DNA from: Azolla caroliniana
Taxonomy: Eukaryota > Plantae > Polypodiophyta
Assembly (NCBI GenBank): GCA_043228905.1
Contig: JBHGNT010000006.1
Coordinates: 16,926,001 to 16,990,000, forward strand
Length of the DNA: 64,000 bases
Direction of reading: 5' to 3'
The notes under the pieces are model-generated. The model had not been told where the DNA came from and searched no databases. It saw only the letters and a program-made list of their open reading frames with translations. How positions within the stretch are numbered: position 1 is the first letter of the stretch; the number at the start of each line of letters is the position of its first letter. Positions 10,850 to 21,769 of the stretch are shown one piece after another. Both the position numbers and the translations under genes were made by a program.

Positions 10850-13800
10850 AATGATGTCGCGAAGATTCGCGCGTGCGTGTGCTACTCGAGCGATCACCGG
10901 GGTCTTGGACTGGGGAGGACGTTCGTGGAATTATCGACGCTAGATGACGATCAATGTAAGATTGGATGAAATTTGTTCACTTGAGAAGAAGAAAGATTGT
11001 ACACCTGAGAAGTAGAAAAACATGAAGAAGATAAAGACAAATATAATTATATTGATGATAGTGGTGTTGGTGATATCACATATTGAGCCCCCCTTACACA
11101 AGCCCAACTAGAGGCTTTTATAGGTCTTTCCATGCTCGTGATATTCACAAAACCATGGGCTAAAACCATGGTTTTGTGCACACGGTTTTGCTTATGTCAT
11201 GCACAAACCATGGGTTTAAAACCATGGTTTTGTGCACATGGTTTTCTATGGTTGTTTCGTCTATAATTTGTATATGAAAAGGAAATACATAAAATCTACA
11301 CTATATGATAGTTGTCCTAGTGGTAAGGCAATTATCTTGTATCTTAGAGGTGCAAGGTTCAAACCTTGCTTGCACCCCTTTGTATGAACTCAAGTGCCAC
11401 TAGGCCTTAGGAGGCTTATTTGCTAAGTGTATGTGCAATGTTGCACATCCTTGGTTTATTCGTCTCACTCGGTTTCACACCGTAGCCGAAAATCGTCACG
11501 ATAGCGCTCTGGAGTTTGTCATCCCAATCGGTCCTGTTTTCATTGACGATCTTCTTCAGTATGGTTTGGAGGATTTTATTGGTCGATTCGGCCAAGCCGT
11601 TCACCTGCGGGTAGTATGGTGTGCTTTTCTTGTGCACCACCGCGTAGTGGTGTGTAAGCTCACGTATTATGTGATTGATGAAGTGCCCACCTTGGTCACT
11701 GACGAGCTAGATTGGACATCCATAACGGCACCAGAGGTGCTCGTACACAAATTTAGCTGTGGATGCCGCCGTGTTTTCTCGGAGTGCCTTAGCCTCGACC
11801 CATTTGGTGCAGTAATCCATGGCAACGATAATATACCTATTCCCTGTTCGGGCCGCGGGTGGTTTGAAAGGGCCTACAAAATCCAAACCCCATTTTTGAA
11901 ATGGGTCCAACGGAAGAATCGGCTGGTGTGGCATCCGTGACTGTTCCATTGGTTGCCCCAGACGTTGGCACAAATCGCACTGCCGGCAAAACTCGTGAGC
12001 GTCTTTCTTCGTTGTCGGCCACCATAATCCACTTTGCCAAACTTTCCTTGCCGTGGAATTCCCGGCGTAGTGTCCCCCAGCTACTCCCTAGTGGGCTTCC
12101 TGAAGAACGACGTTCTTCTCGAATTGCCGAATCGCGCGGCGCCATATGCCGTCCGAGCCTTTGTGGTAGAGAATGTCCGAGACGAGGCAAAAATTCCGGC
12201 TACGTACTGCTAGGCGTTTTCTCGTGTCAAGGGTCATGTGCTCGGGAGGTACACCGGTAGTGAGAAAATGGGTCATCTCCGTGATCCATTCATCTCCGTT
12301 ATCTTCTGGTACCGTGGTCAGGTTAAATAGGCTGGCATCCGGTAGCTCGTCGTACGTTGTTTTCGCCGGTTCTCCTGACTCAAGAAGGCTCAAGTAGTCG
12401 GCGACGGCATGTTGTACCCCGGGTTGATGCTGAATCTGAAAATCAAACTCTTGTAGTAGGAGCATCCACCGAGCCAACCGTCCGGTGAGGGCTTGTTTAT
12501 TGACCAAATAAAGAAGGGCCGAGTGATCCACGTGAAAGGTAAATTTTCGGCCCAAGAGGTAATGCCGAAATTTATTGATGCTATAAATCATACCGAGGGC
12601 CTCCCGCTCGGTGGTGGAGTAATTCTTTTCCGCGGTCGAGAGCCGTCGGCTGGTGTAGTACACGGGCCTAATATACCAATTCGGGGGTGTGCATTGCATC
12701 AGAGCACTTCCGATGGTGATGTCCGAAGCATCTACGAAGACATGAAACGGTTCGGACCAAACCGGAGACTAGACCACCGGGGCATGTGACAGCATTCGTT
12801 TCAGGGTCTGATAGGCCGTGTCCTCGACTGACGTCCATTGGAAAGGAAGGCGATGGACTGCCGCGTGTAAGGGTGTCGCGAAATCGGCCAGGTGTCGTAT
12901 CATTCGACTGTGCCACCAGATCTATCCCAAAAAACGACGGCTTAGTGCCTTAGCGTTCGAGGGTGCGGTGGCATTCAGGATTGCCTTTACTTTATCCGGG
13001 TTCATAGCGATGCCTTCTTAACTGACAATGTGGCCGAGAAGGTTGCCGTTGGCGACTAAGAACGTGCATTTCGCTGGGTTTAAACTCAATCGAGCTTGGC
13101 GACATCGGTCCAGGCAGAGTCGTAACTGGGTCATGTGTTCCCATCGATGGCCATACACGGCGAAATCGTCGAGAAAGACTTGCATGAACGCCGGGATGTA
13201 GTCATGAAAGATTTCGGTGAGGATGCGCTGGAACGTAGCCGGTGCCGTTTTTAGACCGAACATCATAACTTCTGCTACAAAAACACCCCATTCCGTGACG
13301 AAAGCAATTTTCTCCTGATCCTCCGGGTGCATTCTTATCTGGTTATAGCCGCTGAACCCGTCGAGGAAACTGTAGCATTCGTGGCCAGCTACCGTGTCGA
13401 GGACGCTATCCGTGAATGGGAGAGGGAAACCGTCAGTGACTGTTGCCACGTTAAGCTTCCGATAGTCGACGCAGACGCAGATTTTTCCATTCTTCTTTGG
13501 GACCACTACAATCGGGCTCAACCATGTAGCCCGTTTAACAGGGCGAATGAAGACCACTCGGAGTAGTTTGTCAATTTCCTCTTTGACTTTAGCGGCGTAG
13601 TTGGGGTTCATCCTATAGCGCCTCTACTGAACCGGCCGAGTGTCGGGTAAGATGTGAATTTGATGTTGGTAGTATTGAGGATCCAGCCCCTTCATATCGG
13701 TGTAAGACCAAGCGAAAACATCCTGGTAGTCGGTGAGTAATTTTACGAGGCATGCCCGTTCGCCGGTTGGTAGATTATTGGCAATTTGTACCTTACGGGG

Positions 13801-15422
13801 ATTCTCGTCCGAACCGAGGTTTATTGTTTCCAGGGTTGATGCTTTCACTCATTGTGAAATGGCGAGTTCGCGTTCGAAAGCCTCCCGAGCATGACGTAGC
13901 TCGACAACTGTGGTTGCATCGGGTTCATCCTGTGGTGGTGACTCCTCCGTGACTTCCTCGTCTTTAGATGGCTCAATGGTTGGTAAGGCATTGATTTCGA
14001 AGAGAGGGATGATCGTGGGATGATCATCTAGGAAGTCATCGACCTCCTCATCGGCCAACCCGTTGAGCATATGAACCCCTTCCGCATATAACGTCGAAGT
14101 GTTGAGGGCGACGGGGACTCGTTCTTCAGTGATGATTCGGACTTTTGTCTTCCCTCTTCGGAACGAGATCATCTTGCGTTGCCAATGTTGCTTGATACTC
14201 GTTGTACGCAACCATGGTCGACCTAGTAACATTGGGTAGGCACCTTGTGTCTCCAGTCGTACCACGACGGCCGAGATCGTGAACATGTGGCCTCCGAGTG
14301 TGAAGTCGAGATGGCGGATTAAACCAATGGGGCGAACGGAGCGGGTGTCGGCCATCCGAAGCCAAAAGGGGCATGGTTCCCATTGATTCAGGCCGAGGTT
14401 GAGACATGTTGACTCGCTAATAACGTTTACGCCGAATCCGTCGTCGATGATGCATCCGTGCAGGTCTTGTCCCTTAATGATGATTCGCACGGCTGGGTTC
14501 TGAGAATCCATGAGTGGTGGACCGGTTCTTGCTTCGGTGAGGTGTACCGGTGGAGTCACGAGCTTAGTATTGGCCTGGAGTGCCGCCAGGGTGTCCCGAA
14601 ATCTCGGCATGAGTGGTAGCAGTTTATGTAGGGCCAGCGAGATGCGGGAGTTGGTAAGAACATCCCATAGCTAGTCGTCCTCCGATGACGTGGATGGTGC
14701 TGAGGTTTGTGGTACTTCACTGGGCCCATCCCTCATGTCAGTTTGCATGCGTATGGCATTATTTTTATTGGCCGTGTCGACCCATTCTTTTGCTGCCTGT
14801 CGTACGTCATCTTGGATTTGCCACTGAGTAGTCTGCGCTTTACTCCGGGTAGTGACCGTTTGAACATCGGCCATGATACTGTTCACCGCGGGTGCCTTGC
14901 CACGGTTGGTTGTCGGACATTGCGTGGCCTAGTGGCCTAGTTGATTACATTTAAAACATGTCACGTTGGCCGAGTTGCTGGTGTCCGCTCGGTCTGTGTA
15001 TGGAAGCTGTTGTTGTTGATTCTCGGTCTCGTTTGGTGGTGGGTTGTGTTGGCCGGTCAGAGAAGGCAAATGGGAAAGCAAGGTCGGATCGGATAAATAT
15101 AGAAATAGGAATAGAATTATTAGGAGGGACGGATCCGGTAGTTGTAACCGATCCGGATCCGAACCGATTCGGTTTCGGTTAACGGTTGCATACCGAGCAC
15201 CGATTGTAATCTGGCCGGATGCCTATAAAAGGATCCGATGTTTTGTAATGAAGTAACGAAGAATTAATATAGTTTTGCTTATGCTTCTTAATCTTGTCTT
15301 CGTCTGTGCTTAAGTGGAATTATCATACGCGTGTATTAACATCCTATCCCTACCACCCCTTTGGAGAAGTGTCGGATAGACACCTGTGTTGCGGCTAGTC
15401 CAGCCATACATACAACACTATT

Positions 15423-17183
15423 TTGGCGACCACGACGGGATGGATGTCTAGACAAAATAACGACCACATCACCGAAAGAGGGAGACGCCACGCCGAACGG
15501 CAGCGACGACGGGAAGCCCTGCAGCAAGCCGTCGACGAGATCCGGCGCGATCGGTCATTCTCAAAAACGCTTCGGCAAATCGCAGAAGAAGCACTGCAGT
15601 TCCAGGTTCTACAAGCTTCCGACGAAGGCAGTAGCATAACCAGCCTCCAAGAAGCGGAGACACTACTACAGACTCTCGCCGGCGGCGACGGGGACGCAGC
15701 GGCATTTGCAACATTAGAGGCGGATTCGAATAGCGGGGAAAGCGTGGGATCCCGCTATAAAAGCAGCCACGAGAACAACCCCTTTGAGTCGGATCACTCA
15801 GCAACATCGGAGCCAGAGGAGGAAATAACTCTGGAGTTCGGTGACCGGCAATCGCCGAGGAGGGAGGAGCGGATACCAACACCACCCGCGGAGGAACCGC
15901 AGGAGCGGTTATCAACACCACCCGCGGAGGAACCGCAAGAGCGGATACCGACTTCGGAGGAACCAGCGCAGGAGAATCAGTGGGACGACACACTGCCGTA
16001 TCCGTACCCAAAGTATCGGGATGAGCCCGACGGAGAGGCACATGTGTATGCATTCCTGCGAACATGGGAAGCCAACCACGTGTCCCAGAGACTGACGGAG
16101 CCCGAGGCCGACCGATCCAAAGTCGCCGAATTCGGCATGACATTAGAAGGACCGGCGGCCCGGTGGCACGCAAAGCACTTACCAGGCAGCTTCGCCACGT
16201 TCGAGGCATTGAAAACCCAGTTTTTACGCCTGTTTCATAGACGAGTGGAACAAAGGGAATTGGTCGGACAATTCTACACCACTCGGCAGGGAGAAAACGA
16301 GACGGTCCCACAATTTATCATTCGTTTCCAGACCTTGCACAGTCAATTAGCAAGAGCACCACCCGAAGAGGAGGCCAAGGCGGTCTTTTTGGCTGCGTTG
16401 AAAGAGCCACTTCGAGCGATGTGTGGAATCCTCGATTTCAGCACCAGCACAATGGACCAAGTCATTGATCGGGTCCTGGAAATGGACAACACGAGCCCCT
16501 TCTTGCCGATGGGGGCGTTACACCAGGCGCTTCCGAAGGAGGAGGACCTCCGGTTCCGACAAGCCCTACAATGCACAACATGCCTAAATTCGGGGCACTC
16601 GACCGTCGACTGCACCCTGCGTGCACAGTGCATGATATGCAATTCTCGCGCCCACACAACAAATCGATGCGAGTATAACCTATTAACTCGACAAGCGGCA
16701 CCGGTCCGACACATAGAACCACGCAATCGGGACCCGGAAGAGGATCGATTCCGGAGGGACGACCGCTACCGACGAGAACGCGGCGACAGATACCCCGATA
16801 GAAGACGCGACAGCTATGACCGAGAGGAGAACCGCAGGGATAGCTACCCCCGGGACCGGTACGACCGAGACGAATCCCCGGAATACGAGCGACGCAGAGA
16901 AGAAAGGCGGCCAGGGAACCGGAATTTCCGACGGAACCAAAGGCGGGGATTTTTCCGTAGAGAGGAGCGTCGGGAGGCAACAAGGAATGACAAACCAGTA
17001 GTGGCACCGGAGAACCGAAAAACCGAGGACAACCGCGGGGAATGCCCCTTCCCCAAACATGGGAAAAAGGAGAATCCAGCAACACACACAGGGTGTACTG
17101 TTATTACTGCCGAAAAGAAGGGCATTACAGTAATCAATGCCCAAGCAAAACAGCTGACAAGCAGCCAGCAGTCAACATGGTGA
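15423..17183 (+). CDS. gag: Gag (retrotransposon gag domain, two CX2CX4HX4C knuckles, RD/RE-rich tail)
   Basis: LEGPAARW...Q..NETVPQF..RF gag motif; knuckles CTTCLNSGHSTVDC and CMICNSRAHTTNRC. Confidence 0.9.
   Translation: MATTTGWMSRQNNDHITERGRRHAERQRRREALQQAVDEIRRDRSFSKTLRQIAEEALQFQVLQASDEGSSITSLQEAETLLQTLAGGDGDAAAFATLEADSNSGESVGSRYKSSHENNPFESDHSATSEPEEEITLEFGDRQSPRREERIPTPPAEEPQERLSTPPAEEPQERIPTSEEPAQENQWDDTLPYPYPKYRDEPDGEAHVYAFLRTWEANHVSQRLTEPEADRSKVAEFGMTLEGPAARWHAKHLPGSFATFEALKTQFLRLFHRRVEQRELVGQFYTTRQGENETVPQFIIRFQTLHSQLARAPPEEEAKAVFLAALKEPLRAMCGILDFSTSTMDQVIDRVLEMDNTSPFLPMGALHQALPKEEDLRFRQALQCTTCLNSGHSTVDCTLRAQCMICNSRAHTTNRCEYNLLTRQAAPVRHIEPRNRDPEEDRFRRDDRYRRERGDRYPDRRRDSYDREENRRDSYPRDRYDRDESPEYERRREERRPGNRNFRRNQRRGFFRREERREATRNDKPVVAPENRKTEDNRGECPFPKHGKKENPATHTGCTVITAEKKGITVINAQAKQLTSSQQSTW
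15424..15440 (+). promoter_or_regulatory. Primer-binding site, tRNA-Arg type
   Basis: TGGCGACCACGACGGGA 6 nt after the 5' LTR; resembles the complement of the plant tRNA-Arg(UCG) 3' end (recalled). Confidence 0.7.
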
Positions 17184-20100
17184 CAGCCGAAGTACAGCAG
17201 GTTACCACGCGGTCGAAGGGGAAGGCCGCCGAATGGGAAGCCCAGGAAGCAATCAGAAAACAAGCGGCACAATGGATCAAAGAAGCCAACGAACAAGCTG
17301 CGGCGGAAGTAAGAGACCAAAATATGCCAAAGAATGAGGAAATCGCACAGCCAGGAGAAAACCCGACATGGCAAGCACTACAAGATTGTCAGATCGTGCT
17401 GCCGTTGGCACGGTTACTGCAGTTGGTGCCGCGGTTTACAGCAGACTTACAAGCCGCCGTGAGCAAACCGACGCCGACACCAGCACCGACATTTTTCTCC
17501 AACCCGGAGGAAGGCCCAGTGGTGGTCGATACCAGTAGCCCAGCAATCACGACAATCGTCAAAGGAAAGGAGATTCCAGGAACAATTATTGACGGAGGCT
17601 CCGGGGTGAACGTCATCAGTCGACAGACATGCGACGACCTAGGCATCCAGGAGTGGGAACCATGCCCCTTCTGGTTACGCATGGCGGATACAAGCTCAGT
17701 CCGACCAACCGGTCTTATCCGGGACCTGGAAGTAACGATAGGAGGCCACGTATTCCGGATATCGACCGTGGTACTAGAACTGAATGTACAAGGCGCATAT
17801 CCCCTACTGTTAGGACGACCATGGCTGCGAACGGCGCATATCAAGCAAAACTGGCAAAAGAATATGATCACGTTCCGGCGAGGGAAAACAAAGGTACGGG
17901 TAGCCACGCAACCACGGGTGCTCACTAGCAAGGAGGCAACCCCTTTATATGCCGAAAGCATCAACATGTTGGAGGGCTTACCGGATGAGGAAGTTGATCG
18001 GTACCTCGAGGAACACCCACAGATCGTCCCACTTTTTGAGGTGGATATCACGACAGCAGTAGAGCCGTACATCACAAGGCCGGACGAGCCAGACAAAGCG
18101 GCGATCCGGGAACTACACCAAGCACAGGAAGCCCTAGAAAGAGAAATGACGATATCCCAAAGGGTGAAAGCATCCCAGCTGGAAGAGGTGGACCTCGGCA
18201 CAACAGAACAACCCCGACCGGTAAAAGTCGCGAAGGAATTGCCGAAGGAGGAAAAACAGGCAATGGTAGCACTGTTAACAGATTTCAAGGACGTGTTCGC
18301 ATGGTCATACGAGGACATGCGAGGGCTGGACCCCCAGCTCTACCAGCACCAAATTCAACTAAGTACGGACGCGAAACCCATCGCTCAACGCCGGTACCGG
18401 ATGAATCCAAACTATGCGGCAAAGGTGAAGGAGGAAATTGACAAGCTTCTCCAGGTCGGATTTATCCGACCAGTCAAGCAGGCAACCTGGCTGAGCCCGA
18501 TAGTGGTGGTCCCGAAAAAGAACGGCAAAATCCGGGTATGTGTGGACTACAGGAAACTAAATGCCGCGACAGTGACCGACGCTTTCCCACTACCATTCAC
18601 GGACGGAGTGCTAGATACGGTGGCCGGCCACGAAGTTTACAGCTTCCTGGATGGATTCAGCGGCTACAACCAAATCCGAATGAACCCAGCCGACCAAGAG
18701 AAAACATCGTTCGTGACGGAATGGGGAGTGTTCGTCGCGGTCGTGATGATGTTCGGATTAAAAACAGCCCCTGCAACATTTCAAAGGATAATTATGGAAA
18801 TCTTCGGGGATTTTATTCCCGGTTTTATGCAGGTCTTCCTAGACGATTTCGCCGTCTACAGCCGACACGGAGAACATCTCGACCACCTACGACTATGCTT
18901 AGAAAAGTGCCGCGAGTACCGATTAAGTCTGAACCCGGCTAAGTGCGTCTTTGGAGTCTCAAGCGGCAACTTGTTAGGGCACGTGGTGAGTCGGGAAGGA
19001 ATCGCGGTAGATCCGGATAAAGTAAAGGCAATTCTCGACGCACCGGCACCGAATAACGCAAAGGCTTTAAGCCGATTCCTTGGTCAAATAAGGTGGCATA
19101 GTCGGATGATACGGCACCTTGCCGACTTTGCTACACCATTGCACGCTGCTGTACATAGAGTACCTTTCCAATGGACAGAAACAGAGGAGAAAGCCTACCA
19201 AGCGTTGAAGGTCATGCTGTCACAAGCTCCGGTGGTGCAGCCGCCGGACTGGAGTAAAAGCTTTCACGTCTTCGTCGACGCGTCGGACGTAGCAATCGGC
19301 AGCGTTTTGATGCAACTCACGGAACCGAAATGGTATCGGCCGGTGTACTACGCAAGCAGGAAACTCTCGAAAGCCGAACGGAACTACTCTACAACGGAAC
19401 GAGAGGCATTAGGAATGGTGTACAGTGTCACAAAGTACAGGCACTATCTGCTCGGACGAAAATTCTCCTTCCACGTTGACCACTCGGCACTACTCTACCT
19501 GGTCTCAAAGGCAGCCCTGACAGGAAAACTCGCACGATGGACGCTGCTATTACAGGAATTCGAATTCGACATTTTCCACCGACCCGGGGTGCAGCATGCG
19601 GTAGCAGACTACCTGAGCAGACTAGAATCCGGAGAATCAGGGGACGGCGTACAGGACGAATTTCCCGACGCCGAGCTGTTTAGGGTCACAACGGCACCGG
19701 CAACGGAGGCCACAATAGCGGACGAAGACAAATGGTTAACCGAAATGCATCAGTTCCTGAGCACCGGAGTTCCCCCGGAAAACCTGGACCGAGACGAACG
19801 GAAAAGGATGGCAGTACGGAGCAGACATTTCTGCTTGGTAGGTGACACCCTTTATCACAAGGGGGCAGATGGCGTATGGAGGCGAGCAGTGCGGAGCGAT
19901 GAAAAGGATCTGATCCTGAGAGAAGCCCACTGTGGAATTGCAGGCGGGCATTATGCCGGCGAAACAACAGCCCGGAAGATATGGCAGAGCGGACTATGGT
20001 GGCCGACTACCATGAGAGATGCCGTTAAGTATAGCAGGGAATGCGACCTGTGTCAACGACTGGGCCAACCCACGGAGCAGGCCCGAATGCCACATCACCC

Positions 20101-21142
20101 GGTCTTGCCATTAGAACCATTCCAAAAGTGGGGCTTGGACTTTGTCGGGCCCTTCAAACCACCGGCAATGCGGACCGGAAATCGGTATATAATAGTGGCT
20201 ACCGACTACTGCACGAAATGGGTAGAAGCAAAGGCATTACGGGACAACACGGCGGCGTCCACGGCCAAATTTTTATACGAATGCATATGGTGTCGGTACG
20301 GATGCCCGATTGAGCTGATCAGTGACCAGGGAGGACATTTCCTCGGGCAGGTGGTGGAAAGTTTGACATCATTCTATGCGGTAGTACACAAACGAAGCAC
20401 TCCCTACTACCCTCAAGCCAATGGATTAGCGGAATCAACGAACAAAACGCTACAGAACATCCTTAGAAAAATCGTCAATGAGAACCGGACCGACTGGGAC
20501 ACGAAGTTGCAGAGCGTGCTGTGGGCGTACCGAACGGCGTACAAGACCAGCATCCGGACGACCCCGTTCCGACTGGCATTCGGCTTGGAAGCAGTTATGC
20601 CAGTAGAATTTCAAATTCCTAGCTTAAGAATACAGGTTAAGGAGCGGTTAAGCGAGAAGGAATCTGAACGAATCCGGATGGAGATGCTGTTGGAACTGGA
20701 AGAAAATCGAATAGCCAGCCTGCTACAGCTAGAACTAGAGCAAAGGAGGAGGAAAGCCTTTGTAGACCGACACCGGCGCGGTAACGAAAAGGAATTCGAG
20801 GTCGGGAAACCTGTATTACTGTTCCAGACAACGATGGGGAGCATGCCAGGGAAATTGCGATTTCGGTGGACCGGACCATTCTGGATCACAAAGGAGTACA
20901 ATGGGTCTTACCAGCTCGGGACGTTGTCAAGAGAAGTTGTGGGCAAATGGGCAAATGGGTTTCGCCTAAAACCATATAAGGGGCACATGCCAGCTAACCC
21001 CTTCAAGCAAGACCCGGAAATCCCGAATGGCGAGGAACCGACACAGATCCGGAGGACCGAGGAGCCGACACCGACGCGTAACAACGAGGAACCGACAACA
21101 GTGCGCACCGACCCGAACACATCGGGGGGAACCGAACAATGA
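17042..21142 (+). CDS. pol: Pol polyprotein (CCHC knuckle, protease, RT, RNase H, integrase with GPF motif; no chromodomain)
   Basis: IIDGGSGVN, FLDDF, FVDAS...EREAL, H..GGH...[12 protein letters not shown]...SDQG...GLAES, WTGPF; Gypsy domain order. Confidence 0.97.
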   Translation: MPLPQTWEKGESSNTHRVYCYYCRKEGHYSNQCPSKTADKQPAVNMVTAEVQQVTTRSKGKAAEWEAQEAIRKQAAQWIKEANEQAAAEVRDQNMPKNEEIAQPGENPTWQALQDCQIVLPLARLLQLVPRFTADLQAAVSKPTPTPAPTFFSNPEEGPVVVDTSSPAITTIVKGKEIPGTIIDGGSGVNVISRQTCDDLGIQEWEPCPFWLRMADTSSVRPTGLIRDLEVTIGGHVFRISTVVLELNVQGAYPLLLGRPWLRTAHIKQNWQKNMITFRRGKTKVRVATQPRVLTSKEATPLYAESINMLEGLPDEEVDRYLEEHPQIVPLFEVDITTAVEPYITRPDEPDKAAIRELHQAQEALEREMTISQRVKASQLEEVDLGTTEQPRPVKVAKELPKEEKQAMVALLTDFKDVFAWSYEDMRGLDPQLYQHQIQLSTDAKPIAQRRYRMNPNYAAKVKEEIDKLLQVGFIRPVKQATWLSPIVVVPKKNGKIRVCVDYRKLNAATVTDAFPLPFTDGVLDTVAGHEVYSFLDGFSGYNQIRMNPADQEKTSFVTEWGVFVAVVMMFGLKTAPATFQRIIMEIFGDFIPGFMQVFLDDFAVYSRHGEHLDHLRLCLEKCREYRLSLNPAKCVFGVSSGNLLGHVVSREGIAVDPDKVKAILDAPAPNNAKALSRFLGQIRWHSRMIRHLADFATPLHAAVHRVPFQWTETEEKAYQALKVMLSQAPVVQPPDWSKSFHVFVDASDVAIGSVLMQLTEPKWYRPVYYASRKLSKAERNYSTTEREALGMVYSVTKYRHYLLGRKFSFHVDHSALLYLVSKAALTGKLARWTLLLQEFEFDIFHRPGVQHAVADYLSRLESGESGDGVQDEFPDAELFRVTTAPATEATIADEDKWLTEMHQFLSTGVPPENLDRDERKRMAVRSRHFCLVGDTLYHKGADGVWRRAVRSDEKDLILREAHCGIAGGHYAGETTARKIWQSGLWWPTTMRDAVKYSRECDLCQRLGQPTEQARMPHHPVLPLEPFQKWGLDFVGPFKPPAMRTGNRYIIVATDYCTKWVEAKALRDNTAASTAKFLYECIWCRYGCPIELISDQGGHFLGQVVESLTSFYAVVHKRSTPYYPQANGLAESTNKTLQNILRKIVNENRTDWDTKLQSVLWAYRTAYKTSIRTTPFRLAFGLEAVMPVEFQIPSLRIQVKERLSEKESERIRMEMLLELEENRIASLLQLELEQRRRKAFVDRHRRGNEKEFEVGKPVLLFQTTMGSMPGKLRFRWTGPFWITKEYNGSYQLGTLSREVVGKWANGFRLKPYKGHMPANPFKQDPEIPNGEEPTQIRRTEEPTPTRNNEEPTTVRTDPNTSGGTEQ

Positions 21143-21769
21143 TGCGGCACATGCTTTAAAAAAAAAAAAAAAAAAAAAAAGGAATGACGTGGTGCTACGG
21201 GTAGAAAATTCAAGACAAGAAGATCAAGAAAATCATGGTAATGATGAAGGAAGTAGTTACAACCGTCACACGGGTGCACGAGCTATTTAAAGCACAGAAC
21301 GTGGGGGGCCGATGTACAGGAATTAAAACGTGCGGCAATCAAGGAGTTATAATGACAGACACGTAGGAGATTCGACACACGCGGCAAAGAAGCGCAAGCA
21401 TGACACGCGGCAGCAAAGGACAGACATGCGATTCATGACAGAGCATGCGCAGGCGCCAAAAATAGGACATGCTATTCAGGACAGAGCATGCGCAGGCGCC
21501 AAAAATAGGACATGCTATTCGAGGCAGAGGACGTGCAGACGCCAAAATTAAAAAGTGACATGCTAATTATGGCAGAAGATACGCACGCGCGAAAAACAGG
21601 AAAAGGCGGCTCGAGGGAAACGCCACTATATAAAGGAAGAACCGGAGAAGGGTTCACTTTTTACGAATTTTCCCACAAGCAAACGCAGGCTCAAGATAGC
21701 AAGATCCGACGCGCAGAACACCTACACCCCGACCTCAGACCACAGGCAGCAGCAGACGAAGAAGAAGCG

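Larger units (their letters stand above)
7966..11503 (-). mobile_element. Element B: non-autonomous (pol-less) LTR retrotransposon with tRNA-Trp PBS
   Basis: LTRs 7966-8613 and 10855-11503; 4-bp TSD GCGC; PBS TGGTGAACCCGACGTGAA at 10832-10849; PPT-like GGTTTGGTGGGGGTGGA at 8614-8630. Confidence 0.9.
7405..15041 (-). pseudogene. pol: pol of element D (zinc knuckle, protease, RT, RNase H, integrase), interrupted by stops, frameshifts and element B
   Basis: IIDDGFGVN (protease), WLSPIVVVPKKNGK...FLDDF (RT), YSTTEREALG (RNase H), WGLDFVGPF...YYPQVNGLAE (integrase core). The integrase is split at QSA/ALWAY by element B. Confidence 0.9.

Noticed and set aside
21158-21180. Poly(A) run as the tail of a retroposed insert
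   Set aside because: No TSD or associated SINE/LINE body; A-runs after pol are common in this kind of Gypsy element.
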